From the NCBI RefSeq assembly GCF_963921235.1, contig NC_086108.1:26536001-26598000 (forward strand): 62,000 nt of DNA. Reading direction: 5' to 3'. Shown piece after piece: positions 1 through 12,830 of this stretch; positions within the stretch are counted from its first letter, which is position 1; each line of letters opens with the position of its first letter. Below the pieces are notes generated by a model. It was given only the letters and a program-made list of their open reading frames with translations. It searched no databases and was not told the DNA's origin. The position numbers and the translations under genes were made by a program. Origin of the DNA: Mobula hypostoma. Taxonomy: Eukaryota.

Positions 1-739
1 GGGCTCCATACAAAGGAAAGAACAAGTACACAGAGGCAGGTAGAGCATACAGGGACATTTCTCTTCATTCTAGACTCCCCAAAGTGCAGGCATTCAGAAA
101 TGGTTCCCCTGTCCTCACAGAGATCTCCCTTGTAGCACTGGAAGATGTTACTGGCCCCTGTAAGCAAACAATATGCCGTCCGAGGGTACTGATTTTCACC
201 ACCCTGTCATGGTTTATCTGACCCTCTCTGATCATACCATCATCCCCTCCGTCATCAATGTAACATCTAGAAGCAACACTTCTCTTTTGCCTCTTTCTGA
301 GGTTGGCCTTAAAGTGCTGCCTTTCATAAATCATACCTGCTACAACAGGCCAAAGGTCAAAAAGGAGCACCGCAACGTGAGTGATAGAATACAACTTTAA
401 CAAAAAGTGATGACCTGCAGTGCTGTTCCAACACCAAAAGTAATGCGTGATTTTACCAGGCCCTTTGCATTTTACATGCAAACCAAAACTCCCAATTCAT
501 TGGTTTTGCATTGCCCCATTACTTTCTATTTTGGGTGGTTGCTAATCAAAATAAGGCAGATAAGTGTCAGCTTCTATTAAGAATGATTTTCTTCATGTTT
601 CACATTTGAAGTAATAAGCTGACATTGTCTCACTGATCAGCTGAATATTTATTCAGTGCAAACTTAATTAGAAGGACACATACACCAAAACTAATTTCTT
701 TACTTAGTGACTGTATTTGCTGCCCAGATGAGGGATCTG

Positions 740-2278
740 GCCGAATAGTAAAGACCTGTGCTGATCAGCTTGCAGGAGCGAGCACTGATATCCTCAACTT
801 CTCGCTTTGGCAGTCTGAGGTACCCACCTGCTTCAAGCGGGCTTCAAATATACCAGTGCCTAAGAAGAAAATGGCAATCTGTCTCAGTAACTGGAGTCCA
901 GTAGCACTGACATCAGCTGTGATGAAGTGCTTTGGGAACATGATGATGAAACATATCAACTCCTGCCTGTGAAGTGACTTGGATCCACTCCAATTTGCCT
1001 ACTGGCATAACAGGTCCACAGCAGATGCCATTTCATTGGCTCTTCACTCAACACTGGAACCTCTGAACAGCAAAGGTGCCTACGTCAGGATGCTCTTCAT
1101 TGACTACAGCTCAGCATTCAACATTATCATTAGTCAAAACTAATAAATAAACTTCAAGACCTTGACGTCAATACCCCCGTGCAATTGGATCCTTGATTTC
1201 CTCATTTGCAAACCTCGGTCAGTTCTTATTGGCAAAAACATCTTCACAATCTCCATCAGTATAGGTGTACCATAAAGCTGTGTGTTTAGCCTCCAGCTCT
1301 ACTTACTTTATACTTATGACTGTGAGGCTAAGTACAGCTTCAATGCTATTTTTCAGTTTGCTGATGACGCCACTGTCATTGGCCTCATCAAAGGTGGTAA
1401 CGAATTAGCTGAAAACCTATCTGAGTGATGCCACAAGATCAACCTCTCACTTGATATCAGTAAGACCAAGGAGTTGATTATTGACTTCAGGAGGAGGAAA
1501 TCTGAGGGCCAGGAGCCAGTCCTCATCAGGGGATGAGCAACTTTAAGTTCCTTGGTGTTACCATTTCAGAGAATCTGTCTTGGGTCCATTATGAAGAAAG
1601 CATGGCAGTGTCTCTACATCCTTAGAAGTTTGTGAAGATTTGGCATGACATCTAAAACTTGTATAGATGTATGGTGGAGAGTATATTGACTGGTTGTATC
1701 AGGGCCTGGTATGGAAACACCAATGTCCTTGAATGGAAAATCCTACAAAAAGTAGTGAATACAATCCAGTCCATTATGGGTAAAACCCTCCCTACCATTG
1801 AACACATCTACATGGAGAACTGTCACAGGAAAGTAGTATCCATCATCAAGAACCCCCACCATCCAGGCTATGCTGTCTTGTTGCTGCTGCCATCAGGAAG
1901 AAGGTAGGGAGCTCAGGACCCACATCACCAGGTTCAGGAACAGTTATTAACCCTCAACCATCAGGCTCCTTGTACCAGAGTAGATAACATCACTCATCTT
2001 CACTCGCTCCATCACTGAACTGTCCCAACAGCCTATGGGCTCACTTTCAAGGACTCAATATTTATTGCTAATTTATTTGTTCTTTTGTATTTACGCAGTT
2101 TGTTGTCTTCTGCACATTAGTTATTTGTCCATCCTGTTGGATGTGGTCTTCCATTTATTCTACTCTGTTTCTTAGATTTACTGTGTATGCCCACAAGAGT
2201 ACAAATCTCAGGGTTATGTATGGCAACGTATCTGTATTTTGTCAATATATTTACTTTGAACATTGAACTTTGAACTTT
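740..2278 (+). mobile_element. Decayed Rex-Babar/L2-type LINE, RT domain and 3' end
   Basis: Broken RT motifs ([36 protein letters not shown]) and a (tttgaac)-like 3' tail at ~2255-2278. Confidence 0.8.
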
Positions 2279-3056
2279 TGTACTTTGTTTGACAAATGAA
2301 ACGTGATGAACTGTGTATTTTCCAAAGCATTGGGAGTACTTTTCAATCTCTGAATTTTGATAAATAGAATTGTGGCCTTTGTTGCTGGTTGCTGTGAAAT
2401 GCAGCTAAAGTGACTGATGGAAATTGATGATATCCTTATCAGCCTCACAGAACATAGCTGAACAAGCAGTGCAAGGGGAATTGCTTAAAGAACTGCTGTC
2501 TTTAGGGACTTGCCTGGATGGATTAAGTGCCATGTTTGAGAAGCTGCACCCTATGAAATAATGTGCACCATTAAAAATAACTTTGTATTTTGTTCTTTAA
2601 AAAGCAATAACATGGCTCTTAACTCTCAGCAGCCTAGAAGTTGCTGACTGAGTCAGATAATAGAATACTATATACCTCAAACAGGCACGATAAAGCAATG
2701 ATAATTTAATAAAATAAATGTGTTGTGGGGAATTTGTCAGGAGCTGTGAACACAACACTGGGTAAGGCAATGGGTTGGGAGTAAAATGGTGAAAGGTTGG
2801 GGGTGGATTGATGAGGTAGTGTATTCTACAGAAAGGTGAATGAGGAAGGTTGTTAGATGGAGGGCAGGTGGCGACTGGTTGTTCATTAAAGAGCTAGATA
2901 GGGAAGGGTGAGTTAGATGAGAGTAGTAGGGGCCTGTTTAAGAGATCAGTGGAGTTAAACAGTTGGAGGATGCGATTAATCTGTTAGATGGGGAAGAGTG
3001 TCCCATACCTTACATACTTAGTGTTATAGAAAGAGGCCATTTGGCCCATTGAGTCT

Positions 3057-3301
3057 TGTTGCATGTTGTAACTTCAAAACATTATACTAATTCAAAAAAA
3101 GACACGGGAGTCTGAATATATGGGTGTAACTTAGTCTTTACTTTAAATGAGGCATGCATATATCATGTGGTAGCATGATGACGTATGCAATTAATGTATT
3201 TTACATATAACTCATCATTAATTATTTAAACAAACAAGAATACTTAAACAATATATATGTATACAAGATTGCTCAAATATTCCTGAAATATTAAATACAC
3301 A
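3057..3301 (-). repeat. 3' LTR of the Gypsy element
   Basis: Has TG...CA ends, is adjacent to the PPT, and aligns by eye to 5630-5745 plus 6991-7107. Confidence 0.8.
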
Positions 3302-3624
3302 GCACTCTTCCTGCTTAGCTTTAAACTCCAACTCAATGGAGAATGCATCTCAACTATATATACAGTATGTTATATAATAGAACTACCATACTAATACATT
3401 CACAGAATAGTCGATTTTAAATTGTCCCATTCAGGCCTAAAGATTTAATCCTGTGGTGGATTTCTTACTCTTGTGGGATAACGTCTTTCATGACATGGGG
3501 AATCGCTCTGCTTGGCAGGTGAGAGTTGTTGCTGTGAAGCAATCTTAGGTTCTGGAACCTTCCCCACAGTGGTTGTAGGAGTTAACTGAGGCAGTAGGAA
3601 GGAGTTCTGACTGTGGTAGCCACC

Positions 3625-4173
3625 TTTCTTCTTCTGGTCTGTGCATCTTGATCTTGGGAAGGTACATTTAGTTTACTGGAGATATTCTCTTATTAATCCT
3701 TCTATCGCTCCCTTTATGTTCTGATCTCTTCTCTTGATTTCCTCACCCACAACATCATCTCATGAATCCTCTGTTTCCCTATCTCCATTGACTCCTTTAT
3801 TTTTCGCCATCCATTCATCCAGCTGGGCTTTGATCTTCACATCTACTTTTACAAGCAGCATTTTGTCTCCCAGTTGAAGTTCATGCAATGATTTTAATGC
3901 ATGGAGAATAGATTCTCGTTCTTTATACTCACAAAAGCCGAATGCTTGCAGCTTTCCTGAAGCTCCTTGAACTCTCTTCCAGCTTAGATCCAAGCCACAT
4001 TTTGCAAGTAACTGCCTGATTAACGGATCAGAAGCTATCTCAGATATGTTGCCTACAAAAACTGTTGTAGTCAGACCATTGCTTTCATTAGTTTCACACT
4101 TCCTCTGAGCAGCATGGTGTTTCTTTGGTCCAATATGCTTTCCAGCCAGAGGCATAGAGGCTGGCACCAACGC
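3625..4173 (-). pseudogene. RBM25: Partial processed copy (retrocopy) of RBM25, RRM region
   Basis: ORF 3760-4170 reads TTVFVGNISEIASDPLIRQLLAKCGLDLSWKRVQGASGKLQAFGFCEYKE...LLVKVDVKIKAQLDEW. After frameshifts it continues as EEIKRRDQNIKGAIEGLIREY/SSKLNVPSQ. This matches recalled RBM25, is uninterrupted by introns, and is disabled. Confidence 0.92.
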
Positions 4174-5745
4174 CTGCTTTCCCTCTGCTGGAGAACAGTT
4201 CAGGGTGGAGACAGTTATGCATCATCCAGTACCTTTCATTAAATCACTTTCATGTGGTTTCATTGCAGGGGATGTGGCATCCAAATTGTGAATGGATCTC
4301 CAATGAAGTATAGTTGTCTCAGCCAATCACACCCTCATAATGATGGTCCTTCTGTTTTTACCACAAGATCAATGTGACTTGTTGGTTGTTGGACTTCACA
4401 GCTACAAATGTCATTCCCATGGGAATTTTCTCCAGTATAAGTTCTTAATTGGATATCTGCAGGCTTCAGTTTAATACCTTTGAATTGCCATGAAAATTTA
4501 TTTTGTTGAATGACTTAGCCAGTGTCCAATTCAATTTTAATTCATTTGCCGTTCACTTCTGATGTAAGCCATATTACTGTCTATTATTCATTTTCACACT
4601 GTAAATCTCAAGGCTGCACAATTCTGTGGCACTCTTGTCATCAGATTTATAACAGCTCTTTTTGAAACTGCAACATGATTTTTTTATCTTTTTCTCTTCT
4701 CTGTGCAGGCCATTTATTTTTGATTACCTGACGTGCTCTTTGTGTCCTACTTTGTTGCATTTTCTGCAATTTTGCCTTTAATTCTGCATTTGTTTTGTAT
4801 ATGTGCACCTATGACAGAATGGTACCACAATGTGTTCAGAGAAGCAGGTTTCTGTTTAGATGCTACAGTTTTGTTCACACTCACTTTCATTCCCGACTGC
4901 AACTCAATTGTATCCCCGCCTGTGGTTTCCATTGAAACAGTGATTTCCACCTATTTTTAAATATAAGTTGTCTTCAGTTAGGAGTTGTTTTTAAATACAG
5001 TACCTTTTTTTAAGATTCCTGGAACTAAACAATCTCACAGTGTATCAATAAGCCCATTACCGAACTGACGATGCTCAATCTCTTCAATTCAGCCACATAT
5101 GCTGAAGCCGACTCCCCTTTCTTTTGTTTATGCAGGTGAAATCTAAAGCATTCTACAATCAACAATGGCTTTTGTTCTAAGTGTTCCTGCATCACTTTGA
5201 CAACAGTACCAAAGCTCAATTCTGATGGTTTGGTTGGAGAAGTCAAACTTCAAAGTAAACTGCACGCCTTTAAACCAAATGCACTAAACAAAATTGGCAC
5301 TGACTTTTCATTGGCTTCAAAATACTGTTCCAATAGTTCAGTATACATGAGCCAATTACCCATTGTGTAATGAAACTTGTCAATCTTTCACATATAAACA
5401 GCCATGTTGATTTTTTAAATGATTATTATCATCCACTCTTTAAAAACCCGTGAGTTTTTCCATTTTCTTACATTTTATTTTAAACACTCAAATCTTCTTT
5501 TCTGAAGAACACACTCGTTTCATAATTCGACCATTCCTCACTGCATTTTATTTCATTTCAAACATCTCGCTGTACTTTCAACAGCTCGGTAGCTGTTTCA
5601 GGTTCATTTTGAAACTGCCTCATCACCAATATTATGTTTGGTAACTTCAAAGCATTAAACTAATTCAAACAAAGTCATGGGAGTTCGAAAATATGGGTGT
5701 AACTTTGTATTTGGATTAAGGAAGTCATGCGCGTATCACGTAGAA

Positions 5746-6990
5746 CAGCAGTCCCCAACCACTGGGCCGTGGACTGGTACCGGGCCGCAAAGCATGCGCT
5801 ACCGGGCCGCGAGGAAACAATATGATTTGGCGATAGGAGTCAGCTGCACCTTTCCTCATTCCCTGTCACGCACTGTTGAGCCATTACGCATGCGAGGTCA
5901 TTACCCGCTCGTCATCCATGTCAGCGCGGGAAGAAGATCAACCCCTCGAGCTTGCAAATGACGGCGGGCTGAAAAGTATGTTTGACATAACATCTCTGCT
6001 GGCATTTCAGATCAAAGTCAAGGCTAAATATCCTGAGATAGCCACGAAAGCACTGAAAACATTGCTTCCATTTCCAACATTTTTCTACGAAGCGGAGTTT
6101 TCTGCAATGAATACAATGAAAACTAAATTGCGGAACAGACTGGACATAAGGAACCCCCTTCGAGTATCGTTGTCTCCCATCACCCCTCGATAGGGCCGTC
6201 TTGTTGCAGGAAAACAAGCCCAGGGCTCCCACTGATTTAGCGATATTCGTGTGTTCCAATAATTTTATATGTTCATACGGGGAAAATATGTGCTGTGTGT
6301 TTAATATCCAAATGTTACTTAAAATGTTATGATGCTATTGACTTATAAGTGACTTATATAACCATATAACAATTATAGCATGAAAACAGGCCATCTCTGC
6401 CCTTCTAGTCCATGCTGAATGCTACTCTCACCTAGTCCCACCGACCTGCACTCAGCCCATAACCCTCCATTCCTTTCCTGTCCATATACCTATCCAATTT
6501 TTCTTTAAATGATAATATCGAACCTGCCTCTGCCACTTCTACTGGAAGTTCGTTAAACACTTACTTCAGGCTCCCCTGTCCTCCCCTGATAATTGACTTA
6601 TCACTATATTCATGCAAGGAAAATATGTGCTGTGTGTTTAATATCAAATTCGTTAGATAAACCCTTTTAGAAATGAAATTGAGTGTATTAGCCACTTATC
6701 ATCTATATTCCGGTCGTGATTAACACCCCCCACCCCCCGAACAGAATCGACAAAAACGATTTGCAGAGAGGAAAAAAATCGGCACATACACGCATGCACA
6801 CTGGTGCCTGTGCAAGGCTCCATGGTCATTGTGGTCTTTCTCTGGGCAAACACAATGTATTTCACTGCTACTCTTGTCCTTTGGCAACCCTACCCGCCCC
6901 CCACCCCCCCCAACCCCCGGGTCAGCCGGTCCACAAGAATATTGTCAATATTAAACCGGTCCGCAGTGCAAAAAAGGTTGGGGACCCCTG
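5746..6990 (+). mobile_element. hAT-Charlie (Charlie3/MER1-like) internally deleted DNA transposon
   Basis: TIRs cagcagtccccaacc / ggttggggacccctg; exact 8-bp TSD acgtagaa (5738-5745, 6991-6998). Transposase C-terminal remnant ...YPEIATKALKTLLPFPT...RLDIRNPLRVSLSPITPR*GRLVAGKQAQGSH at ~5945-6234. Confidence 0.93.
6358..6555 (-). mobile_element. CR1 3'-end fragment inside the hAT element
   Basis: Same CR1 3' UTR pattern (aacaggcc...cccttc...gtcc) as other copies in the window. Confidence 0.6.
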
Positions 6991-7117
6991 ACGTAGAATG
7001 ATGACATGTACAATTAATGTGTTTTTACATATAACCTATAATTAAATATATCAATTATTTAAACAAACAATACTTAATCAAATAATATATAAACTGTATA
7101 TAAGATGTATATATATT

Positions 7118-7885
7118 GGTGTCGCAGCAACAACATTGCACCCAATGTCAGTAAGATCAAAGATCTGATTGTGGACTTCAGGAAGGGTAAGATGAGGGAA
7201 TATAAGCCAATCCTCTTAAATGGTTCAGAACTGGAAAGAATGAGCAATTTTAAATTCCTGATTAGATCTCTGAGAATCTAACCTCATCCCGACACATCAA
7301 TGCAGCTATAATGAAGGAAAGACAGTGGCTATGTTTCATTAGAAGTCTAATGAGATTTGGTTTGTCACCTAAAACACTTGAAAACCTCTACAGATGTACC
7401 ATGGAGAGAATTCTGACAGGCTACAGAAAGAAGCTACAGAATGTGTAAAACTAGTCAGCTCCATCTTGGGTACTAGCCTCCGTAGTATCCAAGACACCTT
7501 CAAGGAGCGGTGCCTCAGAAAGCCAGCTTCCATTATTAAGGACCCTCAATCACCCAGGGCATACCCTTTTCTCATTGTTACCATCAGGAAGGAGATACAG
7601 AAGCCTGAAGGCACACCCTCACTGATTCAGGAACAGCTTCTTCCCCTCCACAATCTGATTTCTGAATGGACATTGAAACCATGAACACTACCTCACTTTT
7701 TAAAAAATATTATTTCTGTTTTTGCACTATTTTTAATTGAATTGTTTAATATACATATATATACTTAATGCAATTGATATACTTATTTATTTTTTTCTCT
7801 ATTATCATGTATTGCATTGTACTGCTGCTGCTAAGTTAACAAATTTCATGACACATGCTGGTGATTTTAAACCTGATTCTGATTA
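7118..7885 (+). mobile_element. Rex-Babar/L2-type LINE 3' fragment
   Basis: LIVDFRK and KERCLRKPASIIKDP motifs; ctgattctga tail; similar to 44296-45027. Confidence 0.8.
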
Positions 7886-9257
7886 CTCAAATATTATTGA
7901 AATATTAAAAACACAACACATCCCATCTCTCCACTTATTTTCCTGTTACCTACTCACTCCCTCAGATTTTCTTTTCAGTCATCCACACCATTGATAATTA
8001 ATAAAGATCAATTAACTGAACAATCAGCTTGATTTTCAAAATGAGAGAGGAAACGAGGGCACGCAGGGAGGAGATGCGGTCTGCCCACTGGCCACACTGA
8101 GATACAGGAAGAAACTGAGTTCCTGGAGCTGTGAGATAGCAGTTCTTCCAGGTGCTCGATCATGCCTTCCTGCTGGCGGGGAGGCACGGATGGTTTTGGA
8201 CAGGCTGCTATGTAGAGAGATGGTTCAGGAGAGTTTGATACAAGATGATTGGTCAGGCTGCTGAATGGGGTGATAGGCAGGGACAGATGAAGACAGATGG
8301 AATGGGCTTGGGGAAAGGAAATGTGTGGGGCTGGATGACAGAAGGGGGTGCGTGTGGCTGGCCTCTCAGATGGAGCTGCTGGGATCAGGTTGTTTGATTG
8401 AAAGATCAATAGGCTAGGCTGATATACAGGGGCTGGATGTGGGGTGGCAGGGAAATGAAGGATGAGCTTGACAGGCTGTTAAAGATACAGGTGGGGCAAA
8501 GGCATTTGATAAAAGAGTTTGGAGAGCACGCTATTGGATGAAATTGGTCGGAGAGGTGGATGGAGCAGGCTTTCGGGTTGGTTAAGATGGATGAGCTGGA
8601 GAGAGAGGCGGAACAGCTGGTAGTCGGAGAGGTGGGAAGCTAATCAGGTCCAACATTAATGGGCATGCTCCAATGTTACATATTGTATCTTGGATTAATC
8701 ATATTGCAGTTACTGCTTTCAATATGTTACTTTATGAATGAAAAATATCTGATCAGCACGTAACTGAATCAATGTTAATTGCTGCCACAATCATTGTGAA
8801 ATATGTCCCATGGGTTAATAATTCACTTCATGAAATATTGTTTCCATAGGTTAATTTTTTTTTGTTACTCTCTTCATGTGGAGATAATATCCGTTGATTA
8901 TACTCAGCTGTCATGATCTAAATTGTCCAGTTCCTTTAGGATCTGAAGAAACACCAATTAGATCAGCTCATCCTTCTTCCCTATGTAAGCATGCTTAATT
9001 TACATAATAACCCTATGCCTCTGTCCCAGTAATTTGTCTTACCTTTCCTTTGTCCTTTCAATTGCTGAAATATATTTTTGCACTGTGCTGAACACAGACT
9101 GCTACATGATTTATAAAGTGCCAAAATCACCTCAATATTTCAGCTTCATATTGACCTTTTATTACACTGCACCATCTGCTTGTTGCCACTACTCTTGCAA
9201 AATCTTCAGTTCATTGGCATTCCTGATTTCCTTGCTTTATTCGTGCATATTATTCCC

Positions 9258-9530
9258 ATTATTTATTTATTTATTGAGATATGGCACAGAGTAGGCCCTT
9301 CCCACCCTTCGAGCTGCACCAGCCAGCAATCCCCCGATTTCATCCTAGCCTAATCGGGACAATTTACAATGACCAATTGACCTACCAACCTATGTATCCT
9401 TGGACTGTGGGAGGAAGCCAGAAACCCAAGCGGTCAGGGGGAGAATGTATGAACTCCTTACAGATAGAAGTGAGAGCTGAACCTGGGTCTCCGGTACTGT
9501 AAAGCATTGTGCTAACCGTTACGCTTTACA
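9258..9530 (-). mobile_element. HE1-like V-SINE
   Basis: tRNA-like head, ttcctcccacagtccaag V-domain motif and an AAAT-type tail. Confidence 0.75.
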
Positions 9531-9594
9531 CTACAGTGGCGTCTCTATAACAGGATCCCTAATGTTTTTTCCCTAGTTTGTTCTAAAGTTGTGG

Positions 9595-10205
9595 AGACTT
9601 ACAACACAGAACAGGCCCTTCAGCCTGCTGTATCTTGATAGATTTTTGATGTTAGGGCAGGAACCGTTACAGGGAGAAGGCAGGAGAGTGGGGTTGAGAG
9701 GGAAATAGATCAGCCAGGATCAAATGGCAGAGCAGACTCGATGGGCCAAATTCTGCTCCTCTGTTTTATGATCTTATCTATGTCAAACATCTTGTCTGTC
9801 TACACTAATCCGACTTGCCTGCATTAGCCCTTTGTCCTTCTATGGCTTTGCCTGTTCAAATGCCTCCATGTCTTTTAAAAGTCGTGATCACAAAGTCCAC
9901 TGGCAGCATATTCCAAATATCAACCCTCTATTGTGTAGAAAGAATGTAGTTCTCCTTTAAAACTTCTCATCTAAAACCTATCCCCTTTTGTTTCTGACAC
10001 CATGACCATGGGGAAAAGATTGTGACTCTCTGCCCTATCGGTGCCTCTCACTTTGATATACCGTTCAGTGTTCTTTGATCCAGGGAAAGCAAGCTGAACC
10101 TATCCAATCTCTCTCCATAACTAAAGCCCTCCAATCTGAGCAACATCCTGATGAGTATCTTCACACCCTCGCCAGAGTCATCACATCCATCTTCTAGTAT
10201 GCTTT
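9595..10205 (-). mobile_element. Old CR1 3' fragment(s)
   Basis: acagaacaggcccttcagcc tail and degenerate RT C-terminus; a short + strand CR1 tail is nested at ~9640-9775. Confidence 0.6.
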
Positions 10206-10889
10206 TCAACACTGAATTTCATCTGTTGCTTGTCTATCAATACCTGATTATATCTATATCCTTGTGTGGCTCATGTTGTTTGGCTTTGCAGACTACATCT
10301 TCATATGCTATGTATCAAATGTAAAAGTAGTCACACCTGATGCAGCCTATATCAATAGATAATTTACAAGATTTGAAAGAGAAGAATTTGCTAAATTAAT
10401 CCCATAGAATGCCACTGTAACGTATACCAAGAATAATTATAATCCTCCCACATTCCTCTTAGGTCTATGATTCAACTGATTATTATCAAGATGGTGAACA
10501 CAGCTATTACCAGCCTGAGCATCAATGCATGAAATAAAGATGGATTGGTACATATTTATACATTGCAGCATTTTGACAAAGTGCAGAGGTCAGTTTTGAT
10601 GAAGAGTAGACATTAGGTAAAATGAGGGAAAGATACTCTGTACAAAGAGAGAGCTAAAACAGAGATTCATTGATAAACACCAGTGATGTCAGCCAAAAGT
10701 CAGAGCTTGATATGTAGGGAGGGGAGGTGTAGAAGATTTAATTGAGAGGTACGGAATTAACAAGCAAGCGAGCATTGCATATTTTTCCCCTCTTAAAGCA
10801 GGTTCCTTTAATTCATAATTTATAAAGAAAAGTGTAACTAAAGTGCAAAGCATTATCCAATACAGTATTACCATGATCAAATTACTGCC

Positions 10890-11210
10890 TCATAGAGAAA
10901 TATAGCACAGAAACAGACCCTTCAGCCCACCAAGTTTGCACTGACCATTTACATTAATCCTACTTGAAAGACATTTCATTCACCCTATGTTGTCCCACTC
11001 CTGTCTGATGCTGCCAGCTTCTACACACTGGAGTAAACTAACAGCCACCAGTTAGCTTCCCAGCCTGTATATCTTGGGATGTGAAGGGAAGCTGCAACAC
11101 CCAGAGGAAGCCTGTGCAGTCACAGGGAGAATATGTAACCTCCTCACAGACAGCACTCAACGTCAGCATTGAGTCTGAGTCTCTGGTGTTATGAGACATC
11201 ACTGTGCTGC
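10890..11210 (-). mobile_element. Decayed HE1-like SINE
   Basis: CR1-like tail plus V-domain remnants. Confidence 0.55.
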
Positions 11211-11339
11211 CAAAAGTTAATTTAACTAAATGATGATAGATATGGCTGAACATGTGACATGCTGTAGATGCAGCATGTGTGATCGGGTGGAGTCTAATGC
11301 GATCTACAGACGCTAAATCTGTAGGGAGTGCCTGCATCT

Positions 11340-12310
11340 CGAGGAACTTTGGGTTGGAATTTATTGTCTAGAGTCTGAAATTCAGAAGCTGTAATGCATC
11401 AATGACAGGGGGAGTGTAAATGGACAATTTCTTCCAGGAGACAGTCACACCTCTTAGGTTAAGTACTGAAGTTTTGGTCAACGGATGGGGACAAGAGGTG
11501 CAATGTAATATGGGGGAGATACAACTGGGGGAACCTTGCTTCTTGCAGTGGCACAGAGGAGCAAGGTTTTGGCAGCCTATGTGAAAGAGTACGAGAGCTG
11601 CAAGCAGTTTGAGCAAAGTACCCAGAGCATCTTACAAACTACAGAGTGGCATTTTAATAGTGGTACAGGGGATTATAACCTGTCCTCTACGTCCATCATT
11701 GTTAGTCCAAAAAGGCTGTTTTCTCCACAAGGTGCCAAGTTTAGGGGCAGCAGTAGGCAGGATAGGAACATTAGGTGTGAAGATCCATATTTCATGATCC
11801 AGTTAAGGGTCAACTTCATTGTTAGAAAACTAAGAAAGAAGGTTGCTGATGGGGTGTGGCCAGCTAGGGTCTGAATTAAAAAGCAAAAACATAAAGGTTA
11901 TCTCCTGATTACTGTTTGAACTATTCTGAACTGTGTGAAAATTGGATTGACTCAACAATATCAGAGAAAGGGTTGAGAGAAGTGGGTTTCATTTCTTTAG
12001 GACTAGGGAAAGGAGAAGCTGCTCCATTGAGATGAGCTTCAATCGAGCAGTGATCTGCCTGCTGGAAAATTGAATTTGCACTACACACTTGAAGGTGGAG
12101 AACAAGGATTTAGGTTTTTACAGGGAATTTCAGAAAGTTATAGTAAAAGGACAAGGCAATTATGGGGATATGGATATTGGCAATTGGGAAGTACACTGTG
12201 ACAGAAAGGGAGATGATGTTTTAACATAAGGGGCAGGGTAAGGGAAAATATTAAACTGACCAAACTAAAGACTCTGTATTTGAATAAACACAGCATACAT
12301 AGGGTTATCA
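11340..12310 (+). mobile_element. Old CR1 5' fragment (ORF1 esterase to start of ORF2)
   Basis: Degenerate similarity to the ORF1 LGxELK..KVIISGLL and DGLHLN motifs of the intact element, then an LYLN motif near 12275. Confidence 0.5.
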
Positions 12311-12830
12311 AGTTCCACAGCCCAAAGACATCCACTGTGTCTTTGATCCACCACGTCCGCACTGACCATTTTGCACATCAACATTAACCATATTTGCCTG
12401 CATTAGAACAGTATCCTTCTATACCTTGCATAAAGTGACTGTCCAAATGCTTCTTAATGCCGAGATTTTGTCTGATTCCACCATCTCCTCTAGCAATGAA
12501 TTTCAGAAATCAAGCATTCTCTGTGTAAACAAAAGAAATCACTCAGATTCCTTTTAATACACTTTAAGACTATCCCCTCTTGTTTTTGATGTCCCTGCTG
12601 TGGGAAAAAGTTTCTGACTATCTACTATATTTATTCTTCTCATAATGTTACATACCTAGGTCATGAAATCCCTCAACCTACTTCGCTCTGGGGGAAAATA
12701 CCCAGCCTATCCAATCTCTACCTATAATTAATCCCAGCAACAGCCTGGTGAATCTCCTCTACACTCTCTGCAGCATAACCTCATTCTTCCACTAGTGTTA
12801 TGATCGGAGATGCACACGATACACAACAAA
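12300..12830 (-). mobile_element. Old CR1 3' fragment
   Basis: Degenerate CR1 RT C-terminus and 3' UTR (ORF piece LCCRECRGDSPGCCWD is an off-frame reading of ERVQRRFTR). Confidence 0.55.

Larger units (their letters stand above)
3057..7107 (-). mobile_element. Decayed Gypsy LTR retrotransposon carrying a captured RBM25 fragment
   Basis: Two similar LTRs (3057-3301; 5630-5745 plus 6991-7107, split by a hAT). PBS-like tggtgatgagg at ~5618-5628 and PPT-like aagcaggaagagtgc at 3302-3316. gag remnant (~4700-5405), protease LDTG remnant (~4520-4545) and integrase-tail RYPTRVRNPP (~3455-3485). Confidence 0.85.

Noticed and set aside
65..481. 138-aa (-) and 75-aa (+) ORFs at the window start
   Set aside because: No recognisable homology, and no match to the expected upstream BRINP exon.
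3760..4170. Functional nested RBM25-like gene
   Set aside because: The called start is TTG, there are frameshifts and a stop just downstream, conserved residues are substituted, and it lies inside a dead LTR element.
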